A stretch of 64,000 bases of DNA, taken from a bacterium (GTDB taxonomy: Bacteria > SZUA-182 > DTGQ01). A program made the position numbers and the translations under genes. The stretch covers positions 15,858-79,857 of the forward strand of contig JBFMGO010000013.1 of the NCBI GenBank assembly GCA_040752695.1, read 5' to 3'. Shown here piece by piece: positions 41,697-52,097 of the stretch (within the stretch, counting starts at the first letter, position 1; each line of letters opens with the position of its first letter). Under the pieces are notes generated by a model. That model was not told the origin of the DNA. It saw nothing but the letters and a program-made list of their open reading frames with translations, and did no database searches.

Positions 41697-42731
41697 CTAA
41701 TGCAATACAGGTTTACCCTTATAACTTATTGACTTGATGATATTTTCGGCTTTTTCAACAGCAGCCTTCGGCAGTGGGGCGTACTTATTGGGTACAATGT
41801 ATTCCTGTCCTTCGTGGGTCATCCACCATAACAGCTTTACGGTCCGCTCAGCCTGTTCCAGCGATCTTTTCTGATAATCCTGCTCCTTATACAGGAGTAT
41901 CCAGGTGAAACTGCTGATCGGATATCCATCGGAAGCGTCGGTATCAGTGATCGATACCCGCGTATCGTCCGGTATGCGTATATTCGCTGCCAGGCTCGTT
42001 GAATCAAGATTCGGCTTCACGAATATTCCGCTCCTGTTTTTGACAGAACCTGCCGGCATACCATGTGAAAGGGCATAAACTATTTCAACATAGCCGATAC
42101 TTCCTAAAAATTGCTTCAGCAAACCGGCAACCCCGCCGTTTCCTTTTGCTCCCAATCCAGTTGGCCAGTCAATGGATTTATCTCTTCCAATCTTTTCATT
42201 CCACTCATGATTTACCTTTGACAGGTAATCGGTAAGGATGAAGGTTGTCCCGCTTTCATCAGACCGGTGAACAACGACAATATTGAGGGCTGGAAGCTTC
42301 ACGCCTGGATTTACGGCCTGTAGTTGGTCCCATCTGGTCACTTTACCGAGGAAAATATCTGAAAGCAGGTCGGGAGTGAATTTCAATTCAGGATTCCCCG
42401 GCAGGTTATGCGTTATGGATACCGCACCCAGGCATATAGGAATGTGGAGGATCTCGTCAGGTATCATTTTCAGTTTTTCATCACTTAAAAAGGCGTCAGA
42501 TGCTCCGAAATCCACGGTTTTTTCGAGAAGCCGCTTGAGACCACCACCGGAGCCGATGGCCTGATAATTGACTTTGACCTTAAATTGCCGGTTATATTCA
42601 TCGAACATCTTCGAATACAAAGGATAGGGGAAAGTCGCTCCTGCACCGGACAATTCCTGGCTCTGTGCTCTGGTAGAAGAATACCCGGATAGCAACAGCA
42701 TGGTAAGAAAAATCAGGAACAATCTTTTCAT
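41697..42731 (-). CDS. pstS: Phosphate-binding protein PstS
   Basis: Signal peptide from ATG 42731; GAGATFPYP, GSGGG, VDFGASDA, HRSD.SGTT, GYPISSFTW. Confidence 0.93.
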   Translation of the reverse strand: MKRLFLIFLTMLLLSGYSSTRAQSQELSGAGATFPYPLYSKMFDEYNRQFKVKVNYQAIGSGGGLKRLLEKTVDFGASDAFLSDEKLKMIPDEILHIPICLGAVSITHNLPGNPELKFTPDLLSDIFLGKVTRWDQLQAVNPGVKLPALNIVVVHRSDESGTTFILTDYLSKVNHEWNEKIGRDKSIDWPTGLGAKGNGGVAGLLKQFLGSIGYVEIVYALSHGMPAGSVKNRSGIFVKPNLDSTSLAANIRIPDDTRVSITDTDASDGYPISSFTWILLYKEQDYQKRSLEQAERTVKLLWWMTHEGQEYIVPNKYAPLPKAAVEKAENIIKSISYKGKPVLH

Positions 42732-42831
42732 TTTCCATCTCTTTTGTACACAACGGAATGAATGGTTATGAAAAAAAATATCAGGAACACTTTTCATCTT
42801 TCACCTCTCTTTGTACGTCTCTCTATACTCT

Positions 42832-45576
42832 TTATACGTCTTTCCATACATGGAGCGGTTGTTTTACCCACTTGATGATTTTTTCTTTTAACATCCTCGG
42901 ATTGACCGGCTTTGACAGGTAGTCATTCATGCCGGCAGCAATGACCCGTGTTTCATCCTCTTTCATGGCATCGGCTGTCAGGGCGATAATGGGAAGATCG
43001 TGATTGCCGCTTGAGCGAATTCTACGAGTGGCTTCGAGTCCATCCATAACAGGCATCTGAAGATCCATCAAGACCAGGTCATAGTGATGGAGTTTTAATT
43101 TCTCGATGGCCTCTTGCCCATTTAATGCCAGATCAACATCACAGCCCCAGTTTTTCAGGAGTATCTTGATAAGCTTCTGATTGACAACCATATCTTCGGC
43201 AACGAGAATCTTCAAGTCAAGGGCAGGTGAAGATGCATCGTTGGGGGGCTGACTTGCAGGTACTCCTTGTGCTTCCGGTTGTCCGCATCCCAATGCAGTC
43301 TGCATGACTCTCAGAAGGTCCGGCCTCATGATCGGCTTGGACAGGTAGGAATCAAACCCGGCTGTAATCAGCTTTCTGACGGCACCCGACCCTGAATCGG
43401 ATGGCAGGGCAACGAGCTTTATTTTGTTGTACCTCTCCAGTTTTCTTATACTCCGGGCCAGCTCATAGCCATCCATATCCGGCATCATGATGTCGGAAAG
43501 GATGAGATCGGGCAACTCGCTCTGGCCGGACAACCGATCCAGGGCAGCCCGGGCGGAAGATGCTTTGGAGAGAACCACCATCTGGGCTTCCCGGCAAAAA
43601 TTTTCCAGGATATAACGGGAATGCTCATTGTCATCGACGATAAATACTTTTTTCCCCTGAAGGTGCGCCGCCGGGCAAGATGGCCGCAGGTCAACGCCGG
43701 GTGCGTGGACGGACTCCTGAAGTTTGAGGGTGATGATAAATTCACTCCCCTTTCCTTCTTCGGATATGAGCCGGATTCCTCCACCCATCAGTTCAACGAG
43801 GGCCTTGGTGATGGCCAGTCCCAAACCGGTCCCCCCATATCTTCTGGTTGTAGAAGAATCGGCCTGAGTGAATGGACGGAATATGAGCTTTTGCTTATCC
43901 TTGGGAATGCCTATGCCGGTATCCCTCACCGATATTCGCAGGCTCTTTGTTGCATCATTCCCATATGTCCCGTTCTTCCCGTTGCATGTTTTGTTCGCTT
44001 CCTCATGACCTATACTCACTCCGATTTCACCCTCCTGGGTAAATTTAATGGCATTACTCAAAAGGTTTAACAATATCTGTCTTATCCTGGTCGGGTCGCC
44101 GCGAAAGCTCTTGGGAGTATTTTCTTCAAACCGGCAATAGAGTTCCAGGCCGCTTCCCTTCAGCTTGGATTTTACAATCTTAAATACACTGCTTATTAAA
44201 GACTCAAGGTCGAAATCGACCTGCTCAAGCTCGATTTCTCCAGCCTCTATTTTGGAGATATCCAGGATATCGTTAATGAGGGATAAGAGCACTTCTCCGC
44301 TTTTGCGAATCGTGTCTACATAATCCTTCTGTAAATCATCCAGGGATGTGTTACTCAAAAGATCGGAAAAGCCGATAACCGCATTCATGGGAGTGCGTAT
44401 TTCATGGGACATGTTAGCCAGAAATTCGCTCTTGGCCTGGCTGGAAATCTCCGCCTTCTCCTTGGCATATCTCAGCCCCTCGGTTTTTATGTAGTAACAG
44501 GCACCGGCAAAAAAAATGAAGCTCAGCAAGACCAGGATGATGAAAAGATTTCTTGCGTGCTTTTTGATGGAATCAGTAATTTCGTTATAATCCAATGTAA
44601 CATCTATTGACCACGTACTATCGCCTATCATGACAGGTGCATAGGCCATCAATTTTTTTGCCACCCGCTTCCGGTTGCCATTCGGGCCATGCAGCGAAAG
44701 CCCTCCTTTGGAAAAGCTTTTCAGCATGGTTACCAAATCATCCCCGTCATCATCACCTGAGCGATCCTCACCCCCTCGCTCATGCAGGCGGAAGATGGCA
44801 ACACCATCCTCTCCGCTGCCTGCTTTTTCTAAAATGGCCTTTGCCTCTAGCCAGTCCTCAGGCGGAATCATCTCTTCTCTTAAGGCTAAAATATTCCTGC
44901 CAATGTACTTAGAGTTGGGATGACTTACGATTATGCCGCGATCATTGATGACCTGGACCACGGTATTGGGACACACCCTGATCTGATTGATGAGATTGTT
45001 TATTACATAGACATAGATTACGGCCCGAAGAATACCGATAAACTTTTGCTCTTCAAAGACGGGAAGACACAGAGAGAAGGATTGAATCCCCTGTTCTTCT
45101 GGAAGCAGGTTACTGATATGGAGCTTGTGGCTGCTCAAAACGAATTGCACATCCGGTTTCTGTGCAAGGCTCTTTCCAAGCTCATCCTTATTGAAAGGAA
45201 TTGCACTCCGGACCGTTCCTTTGTCGTCAATCAGGTAGAGCAAACGGACCCACCCTCTGAAATTTACGAAAGCGTATTCAAGAGGGGAATACGTATCGTG
45301 CGAGGAAGTGAAGTTCTTCTCCGGATCCTGTGAAATGCTCCTTTGAATGAAGGGATCTAAAGACAGGATTTCCAGCTCATCCTGAATGTGATTGATAATC
45401 GATTGGACGGTTTGTGCCTCTGATTTCGCAAGAGCCAGCAGATGATGCTGGTTTATTTCGGTAATCGATCTTTCAAATTCCCCAGTATCCAACTGACCCA
45501 TGTAAATAACACCGGCTATCATCATGAGTAAAGTGACAGCTATCAGCCGGTATTTCCATGTACTTTTCCTATCCAT
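42832..45576 (-). CDS. Hybrid histidine kinase (dCache-like sensor, HisKA, HATPase, 2 REC)
   Basis: Two TMs flanking a Cache-like domain; [26 protein letters not shown], two REC domains. Confidence 0.93.
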   Translation of the reverse strand: MDRKSTWKYRLIAVTLLMMIAGVIYMGQLDTGEFERSITEINQHHLLALAKSEAQTVQSIINHIQDELEILSLDPFIQRSISQDPEKNFTSSHDTYSPLEYAFVNFRGWVRLLYLIDDKGTVRSAIPFNKDELGKSLAQKPDVQFVLSSHKLHISNLLPEEQGIQSFSLCLPVFEEQKFIGILRAVIYVYVINNLINQIRVCPNTVVQVINDRGIIVSHPNSKYIGRNILALREEMIPPEDWLEAKAILEKAGSGEDGVAIFRLHERGGEDRSGDDDGDDLVTMLKSFSKGGLSLHGPNGNRKRVAKKLMAYAPVMIGDSTWSIDVTLDYNEITDSIKKHARNLFIILVLLSFIFFAGACYYIKTEGLRYAKEKAEISSQAKSEFLANMSHEIRTPMNAVIGFSDLLSNTSLDDLQKDYVDTIRKSGEVLLSLINDILDISKIEAGEIELEQVDFDLESLISSVFKIVKSKLKGSGLELYCRFEENTPKSFRGDPTRIRQILLNLLSNAIKFTQEGEIGVSIGHEEANKTCNGKNGTYGNDATKSLRISVRDTGIGIPKDKQKLIFRPFTQADSSTTRRYGGTGLGLAITKALVELMGGGIRLISEEGKGSEFIITLKLQESVHAPGVDLRPSCPAAHLQGKKVFIVDDNEHSRYILENFCREAQMVVLSKASSARAALDRLSGQSELPDLILSDIMMPDMDGYELARSIRKLERYNKIKLVALPSDSGSGAVRKLITAGFDSYLSKPIMRPDLLRVMQTALGCGQPEAQGVPASQPPNDASSPALDLKILVAEDMVVNQKLIKILLKNWGCDVDLALNGQEAIEKLKLHHYDLVLMDLQMPVMDGLEATRRIRSSGNHDLPIIALTADAMKEDETRVIAAGMNDYLSKPVNPRMLKEKIIKWVKQPLHVWKDV

Positions 45577-45646
45577 GTATGGTCCTGGTCAGGAGAATTT
45601 CTCGTGCCTTCAATGTCGGGGTTCCTTTTGTTCCTTAACCCTGTCA

Positions 45647-47128
45647 TCAGCCGTTAACCATCTTTTGTAAACATTCGACCACTCTCTTATCCAACTTTCC
45701 GTCCTCTGCCTCTTTAAAGAGGATAGCGAAAGCTTTTTCTTTCGGCATTCCTTTGCGGTAGGGCCGATCCGTGAGCAGAGCGTCAAAAATATCAGCCACG
45801 CCCATTATCCTGCTGACCAGCGATATTTCCTCTCCTTTGATCCCATCGGGATAGCCGCTTCCATCGAGCTTTTCATGATGATGCCGGATAGCTTCAAGGG
45901 CAGGTCCGAGCGTTTTCTGGAGAGGCAAACATACCTTATAGCCAATATCTGCATGGCTTTTCATTATTTCCCACTCTCTTTTGTCCAAAGGACCCGGCTT
46001 ATTCAAAATCTCACCGGGGATGGTGATCTTGCCGATATCATGCAGGATACCCCCAAGCCTGATAGCCCCGATTTCCCGTACAGACAGCCCCATTCTCCTT
46101 CCCAGGTCCACGGCCATGCTCGAAACCCGCTGAATATGCCCCTGGGTATAGGCATCCTTGGCTTCGACGATATTCGCCAGAGAGATCAGGACATTCTCTA
46201 TGCTGGTCAGGTTACTGTTGAGTGCCTTGACTTTAAGCAGGGATGAAGTCCTGGCCAGAAGCTCCATCCTGTTGACCGGTTTGTGGATAAAGTCATCTGC
46301 ACCGGCTTCAATTCCCTTGATCTTGGCATCGATCTCATCCAGGGAAGTCAGCAGAATTACCGGAATCAGCCGCGTGGATTCACTCTCTTTCAAGCGGCGG
46401 CAGACCTCATAACCATCGAGGCCAGGCATTACGATGTCCATTATAACCAGATCCATATCCACCTTATTGACTAAATAAAGGGCCTCTTCTCCCGAATAGG
46501 CCCGATAGACCTCATACTGTAAGGGAATCAGCATGTGCTCCAGAATCTTCAGGTTGAATTGCTGGTCATCAACTACCAGTACTTTTGGCTTCTGGATATC
46601 AGAAGGCGATTCTTCCTTTTTATAGAAGAAAAGCTTGTTTTTTCCTCTGATTTTGGCCTGGAACAACGCTTCCTGTGCCTTCGCGATCAGGCTCTGCTGA
46701 TCGGTGGCATCAGAGGGAAAAGAAGCAATACCTACACTGACAGTCAGGCTTCCGCCATAGACTTCCGCTATGGAGCTCCTGATCCTTTCCATAGAAGAAA
46801 AGTGATTGTCGGATTTTATAAGAATAACAGCAAATCTGTCATTGACATATCTGGCCGCCAGATCGGACTGCCGGATATTCTCTTTGATCAGACCGGCTAT
46901 TTCCCTGAGTGTGCGGTCCCCCTGCACCGGCCCATACTGTTTGTTATAATTGGCATAGGAATCAATATCGATGAAGGCCAGCGTGAGCGGGTCACCATAC
47001 CGCTTCGATTTTCTTATTTCCCAATCCAGACATGCCAGGAAAAAACCGTGGTTGAATAATCCGGTCAGACTATCCATAAAAGGAGCGTGAGTTTCTCTCT
47101 CGTAGTCTGCCCCAAGCTGCTGATCCAT
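45647..47128 (-). CDS. Degenerate GGDEF - REC - HD-GYP c-di-GMP phosphodiesterase
   Basis: DSLTGL..RQSD..RYVNDRF; REC; HDIGK, HHEKLDGSGYP; GGAGG RBS before ATG 47128. Confidence 0.9.
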   Translation of the reverse strand: MDQQLGADYERETHAPFMDSLTGLFNHGFFLACLDWEIRKSKRYGDPLTLAFIDIDSYANYNKQYGPVQGDRTLREIAGLIKENIRQSDLAARYVNDRFAVILIKSDNHFSSMERIRSSIAEVYGGSLTVSVGIASFPSDATDQQSLIAKAQEALFQAKIRGKNKLFFYKKEESPSDIQKPKVLVVDDQQFNLKILEHMLIPLQYEVYRAYSGEEALYLVNKVDMDLVIMDIVMPGLDGYEVCRRLKESESTRLIPVILLTSLDEIDAKIKGIEAGADDFIHKPVNRMELLARTSSLLKVKALNSNLTSIENVLISLANIVEAKDAYTQGHIQRVSSMAVDLGRRMGLSVREIGAIRLGGILHDIGKITIPGEILNKPGPLDKREWEIMKSHADIGYKVCLPLQKTLGPALEAIRHHHEKLDGSGYPDGIKGEEISLVSRIMGVADIFDALLTDRPYRKGMPKEKAFAILFKEAEDGKLDKRVVECLQKMVNG

Positions 47129-47217
47129 GCCACCCTCCATAAAGTACAGGTGTCCCTTTTCTCTTTTCATCGGCGGGTATACGGAGAAACTTCAGAAGTG
47201 ATTTTGGGTATAAACTG

Positions 47218-50200
47218 CTACGGCTGAAGGGAAATAACGATAAGATCATCGTCTCCGATAGTCCTGTCAAGGCCGCACGGCTGTTCAAAAAGCTGGTATA
47301 CGGACCCGGCCAGTTCTGTCAGGCTGTCGTAGATGAGAAAATGCACGTGCTGGAAAGTGTTCCTGCCTGCCAGTTCAAGATCCGTACACAGATAGGTGGC
47401 TTCTGCCATACTGACATGACTGGGCGTACCCTGTCCGGCAGTATTGTGATAGAGCCTGCAATTGAGGATAACGGGCTCGGAATCGGATGTCCAGTATATC
47501 CCCCCGCCGGCAAAGTCAGCGCTGTTCTCGGCTATGATGCAGCGGGTAATCGAGGCTGAGGATCGCTCACAGTATATCCCTGCGCCGTAAGGGGCACTGT
47601 TCCCCGATACCGTACAGTTTAAAATAGCGGGTGAGGAATTGAAGCAGTATATACCGGAGCCTCCAGAGCCTCCGGTGCCTCCGGAGCCAGGGGAACCGCT
47701 GCCGCTTCCGCCCACTGCCAGTCTCCTTTCCGGGAGGGTTACATTTGTCCGTGCCGTATCAGAGAGTGTTCCCGCCATACATCCGGACATTGTTCCCGAT
47801 GTCCGCAGCCTTTTCAACAAAAGGCTATTCAAATCGTGGGTGATCGTCAATCCGTCAATCTCAGCCTGATTGGCATCGGTAAAGGCTATGACCGGCTGTG
47901 CGGGTCTGCCGATCAATATGACAGGATAAAGAGCCGGGTCCCTTTTGCTAAAATCGCTGTTCCATCCTCCCTCAAGCCTGATTCCATCGCGTATCGTGAC
48001 CTGAGTATCGAAGTATGAGCCCGTAGCCAGCCGTATGGTATCTCCTTTGCCTGCATGGTCTATGGCATCTTCAATATTTGCATAGTGATATTCCAGGCCG
48101 CCGGGATGATCGGGATTTACGAAGAAGACCCGCTTGATGGTCACCTTCTGCTCCTGGTAAGCGGTATTGCCGCTGCCATCATGAAAGGTCCAGATGACGG
48201 TATGATTGCCTTTTTCGGTATAGGTGAGGGGGCTGGCTGCACCCATAATCTTTCCCTGGCAGCGATCGGTTGCAGTGGGAGGAGTAAGCGTAAAAGAATT
48301 CTCGGCTACGATATCCGGCAGGACATCGAGGTCCGGCACCGGCTTTTTCGTATCAGTCACCACGATTTTCTGCATCTGATAGGAAGTGTTGCCATAGATA
48401 TCCCTGTAGTTCCAGGTCAGGGTATAGGTACCAGGCGGGGATGAGGGTGTGGGCAAAGGATCGTCGGTTGTGCCTGTGATCCATCCTGTGCACAGATCAG
48501 TGGCAGTTGGTGAAGTAAGATGTACCTGGTCACCGCACTCTGTACCTAAGTCCGGCAGGGGATTATAGTCGGGCTCGGGGGGAGTGGTATCCTGCACGGT
48601 GACTAATTGCTCCTGCGAGGTGGTATTGCCATGGCCGTCGTCGTAGATCCAGGTTACCAGAAAGCTGCCCTGACCGGTATAGAGAGTCGGGTCTTTGGTT
48701 GTGGCGCTAACCGTTCCGGCGCAGTCGTCGGTTGCCGTCGGCGGGGTGAGGACAACCTGGCATTGCCCTCGGGCTGCGGGCAGAGGGTTCTGGCAAGGCA
48801 CCGGTTTTTGATCGTCGTAGTATTCATAGGCACCGAGGTCAGGCATAGGCTGGCCGTCGCAGTCCCCATCGTAGGGCCGTGCTCTGCCATCCCTGTCCAC
48901 AGCCGGTGCATCGACATTGGTGCCTGCATCGATGCAGGGAGATCTCTTCGCAGGGCTTGAGGAAAGGTAAAAATTGCGCCGTGAGGTGTCTTTAAACAAA
49001 GGATCTTCCTGAAGATTATGGGTAACTGAAGGATCGCCGAAACCACCCTGAATGACTGAGTAGGTTATGGTGCAGTTCGATCGGCTATCGAGCCTGGTCT
49101 CGTCTGGAGCATCCTGCCACAAAATGCTGTTCGTTACCGTAAGCTGGGCATTTTCAGAAAATATGCCGCCTCCCCAACGGGAAGCAGTAGATCCGTTACC
49201 CCACAGGGTGCAGTTTACTATCTTCAAGGATGAGTCTTTGGTAAATATTCCGCTGCCCTCATACGAGGCGTTATTACACCAGAGCGTGCAATTGGTGACC
49301 GTTACGGTGGATGTGCCGTCGCAGCATACCCCGCCTCCATATTTGGCCCAATTTTCCGAGATCGTGCAATTCTGGATGACAAGAGAGGAATTGATGCAGC
49401 AGATCCCGCCTCCATACAGATCCGATCGGTTTCCCGCTATGATACAGTCGGTTATTACCGGAGAGGAATTAACGCAGAACAGGCCGCCACCTGCCTCATA
49501 AGCCCAATTGCTGCGTATCTCGCTGTTTGCTATGGTCGGTGAAGAATTCTGGCAGTATATGCCGCCACCGGAATAGGCGATGTTGTACGAGATAACTTCT
49601 CTGAACCGTACCCGGTTTGACGGCGCAAGGGGAGGCACATCCTCCTCGAAGCCGGCATGTGCATATTCAACGATGAAACCATCCATACCGGAGTTTTCCG
49701 CGTCCATGAAAACGATAGAAGCACCGGAAAGGATCGACCTTCCAGTTTTCTCATCCCTTTGGGTAAAGCCCGATTCCCATCCGCCTATCAGTTTCATTCC
49801 ATTACGTATCGTAACTTTCTGCTCGAAGCGGTACTGGCCTTTTGCCACCCTGATCTCACCCACCTCAATCTCAGCATCCGTCTTCACCTTCCCCATAGCA
49901 TCGATTGCATCCTTTAGGTTTTTAAATGCCTGATCCTGCCCAACGCGGGCAACGGCGGTTAAAACGAAAAGCTGCGGCTGATTGTTTTCATTGCCGTGGC
50001 CATCATTATAGATCCAGGTTATCTTGTGGTCACCGGGTTTTTGAAAGTTCAAGGAATCTTTGGTAAATCCGGTTATTTCTCCGGCGCATGGATCTACGGC
50101 CCTGGGAGGAGTTACCGTGCCTGTTTTACAGGCCCATTCGGGTCCGGTCACCGGATCGTAGGCGATCATTACGCACTCTCCGGTAATAGGGGGCAGCGAA

Positions 50201-51684
50201 GGCTGCATCGGGACAGGCTCGTCTCTATCAACTACAACGACGGTTTGCTTCTGAGTCAAGGCGATCCCGCTCCCTTTCCCGTACCGGTAAGTCCAGCTTA
50301 TGGTATACGTCCCAGGAATATTGGAGGGTATATCCCTGGCAGCTATATCCGGGGTTGCTGTTATCTTATGGCCGGTGCAGTCGTCCGTGGCCGTGGGCAA
50401 TCTGAATTCGATCTTCTGACCGCAGGTGAATTCCACAAGGCCCAACGATATTTCGTCCGGCTGCAGCGACGGGCCAGCCTCCTGGTCAGGATTATAGTAA
50501 TCCGGACACAGGTCGCAGGTATCTCCTCTTCCATCACGATCTTTATCTGTCTGATCCTTATTTTCCACAAGGGGGCAGTTATCACAGGCATCTCCAAAAG
50601 GGTCCTTATCGCTGTTGGTCTGCTGAGGATTATACACCTTGGGGCAATTGTCCGGAGCCTCCAGGACATAGTTTCCCCGTGGCTGCTCACACTGAACCAC
50701 GAACCTGTCCTTGTCGCCATACCCATCCTTATCCTCATCGAAATACCAGATGGTTTTCGGGTTAATCCTGGCCTGACTGTCGTCGCAATCATCAGCATTG
50801 GACACATAGCCGGCAGGCTGCTCGGACTGGGTTTGGCTCACATCCCTTGTGCCATACCCGTCTTGATCCCCATCCCTGTACCACATCCTGGCCGTGGCCG
50901 AAGTGATGCATACACATGCACCGCTGGCAGTAAAACGATCTATGTCATCCACCAGTTCTTCAACCTGCACCGGATAGCACTCACCATCGCTCCCACCCTT
51001 GATTTTAAATTTCAACCAGACCAGACAGCCGCTTGTCCCTTTTGCAATACCTCTACCGAAAGAATAGCCGCCTCCTCTCAATCTGTCTCTGTCCGTAGTA
51101 TAGACATCGAAAGTGCTGAGGAAAGCAGATAAGCTTCCTTTACTAAAGCCCGTATACTCCATGATGCTGGCATCGTAGGTAACTTCAAAGCCGAAGGTAA
51201 AAATCTGGCTGGGTATGGACTGAAACAGCACCGCAATGAGAATCTCATCTCCCACTTTTGCACTGACCCCTTTAAGGTCCAGCACTCCTGAGTCATCTTC
51301 CCGGCACCTGAAGAAGATTTGTTTGAGTCCCTCGGGTTGCAGGATAATTGGATTGCCGGACTTATCAACAACTGGCTGAAGATCAGGCTGGAGATCAGAC
51401 TGGAGATCAGGCTGGATAGTTGGATGGAGATCAGGCGAAAGAGAGATGAAAGCGCCTGGATTGGTTAAAGGGAGTGCGGCATCGCTGCCGCCATCATTCA
51501 GCGGGCGATCAGCACCTGGACCGGCGGCCTGCTGGAAAGCGGCACCCGCGGTCTTTCCTGGTGATAGAATCATCGAAAGCACGAGGAGCAGAATAACAAT
51601 GACACCCTCCCACCTTTTCGGAACCGTTATGCGGCTGATTATGGATCGTGTTCGTGCCATGGAAGAAAATAGCATATTATTCAT
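47218..51684 (-). CDS. Giant secreted/surface protein (cohesin, Ca-binding TSP3-like repeats, HYR-like repeats, parallel beta-helices)
   Basis: Signal/TM segment; cohesin-like FGFEVTYD..LKFKIK; WYRDGDQDGYG; DNCP..NP.Q..D.D..GDACD; PTATD.C repeats; GGGIYC..SSP.I.N beta-helix; SPCIDAG..DLGAYEY. Confidence 0.8.
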   Translation of the reverse strand: MNNMLFSSMARTRSIISRITVPKRWEGVIVILLLVLSMILSPGKTAGAAFQQAAGPGADRPLNDGGSDAALPLTNPGAFISLSPDLHPTIQPDLQSDLQPDLQPVVDKSGNPIILQPEGLKQIFFRCREDDSGVLDLKGVSAKVGDEILIAVLFQSIPSQIFTFGFEVTYDASIMEYTGFSKGSLSAFLSTFDVYTTDRDRLRGGGYSFGRGIAKGTSGCLVWLKFKIKGGSDGECYPVQVEELVDDIDRFTASGACVCITSATARMWYRDGDQDGYGTRDVSQTQSEQPAGYVSNADDCDDSQARINPKTIWYFDEDKDGYGDKDRFVVQCEQPRGNYVLEAPDNCPKVYNPQQTNSDKDPFGDACDNCPLVENKDQTDKDRDGRGDTCDLCPDYYNPDQEAGPSLQPDEISLGLVEFTCGQKIEFRLPTATDDCTGHKITATPDIAARDIPSNIPGTYTISWTYRYGKGSGIALTQKQTVVVVDRDEPVPMQPSLPPITGECVMIAYDPVTGPEWACKTGTVTPPRAVDPCAGEITGFTKDSLNFQKPGDHKITWIYNDGHGNENNQPQLFVLTAVARVGQDQAFKNLKDAIDAMGKVKTDAEIEVGEIRVAKGQYRFEQKVTIRNGMKLIGGWESGFTQRDEKTGRSILSGASIVFMDAENSGMDGFIVEYAHAGFEEDVPPLAPSNRVRFREVISYNIAYSGGGIYCQNSSPTIANSEIRSNWAYEAGGGLFCVNSSPVITDCIIAGNRSDLYGGGICCINSSLVIQNCTISENWAKYGGGVCCDGTSTVTVTNCTLWCNNASYEGSGIFTKDSSLKIVNCTLWGNGSTASRWGGGIFSENAQLTVTNSILWQDAPDETRLDSRSNCTITYSVIQGGFGDPSVTHNLQEDPLFKDTSRRNFYLSSSPAKRSPCIDAGTNVDAPAVDRDGRARPYDGDCDGQPMPDLGAYEYYDDQKPVPCQNPLPAARGQCQVVLTPPTATDDCAGTVSATTKDPTLYTGQGSFLVTWIYDDGHGNTTSQEQLVTVQDTTPPEPDYNPLPDLGTECGDQVHLTSPTATDLCTGWITGTTDDPLPTPSSPPGTYTLTWNYRDIYGNTSYQMQKIVVTDTKKPVPDLDVLPDIVAENSFTLTPPTATDRCQGKIMGAASPLTYTEKGNHTVIWTFHDGSGNTAYQEQKVTIKRVFFVNPDHPGGLEYHYANIEDAIDHAGKGDTIRLATGSYFDTQVTIRDGIRLEGGWNSDFSKRDPALYPVILIGRPAQPVIAFTDANQAEIDGLTITHDLNSLLLKRLRTSGTMSGCMAGTLSDTARTNVTLPERRLAVGGSGSGSPGSGGTGGSGGSGIYCFNSSPAILNCTVSGNSAPYGAGIYCERSSASITRCIIAENSADFAGGGIYWTSDSEPVILNCRLYHNTAGQGTPSHVSMAEATYLCTDLELAGRNTFQHVHFLIYDSLTELAGSVYQLFEQPCGLDRTIGDDDLIVISLQP

Positions 51685-52097
51685 AGGTTACTCATAATCC
51701 AGATTGTTCCGGACCAGGAACAAGTACCGGCATAGAAACCCCCGGTTCCTTATCTGCCCGTCTATCCTGTTACCCTATCAGATATTTTTTATGTTATGAG
51801 TAGTTATTTAATAAAAATAGCAGGAAATGCATATAAGAGTCAAGCCAATGTTACGGGATACTAAAAAAGCAGTTTCAATAACAAGTTATTAAGGCGGGAA
51901 TAGACTTCTGGAGGTTTTAGCACGGGCTCAGAGCAATGCAGTGAAGAGCAAAAAGAAAAAGAAGGTAGATTTTCAGCACCATGGTGCTGAAAATCTACCT
52001 TCTTTCCACAGGCTTGCGTTCGGATATTTCCTTATTCCGTTTTTCAAGGGAGCCTTGTTTTCGAATGGACAATCAGAGGAACACCTCGGGTGCGGCA

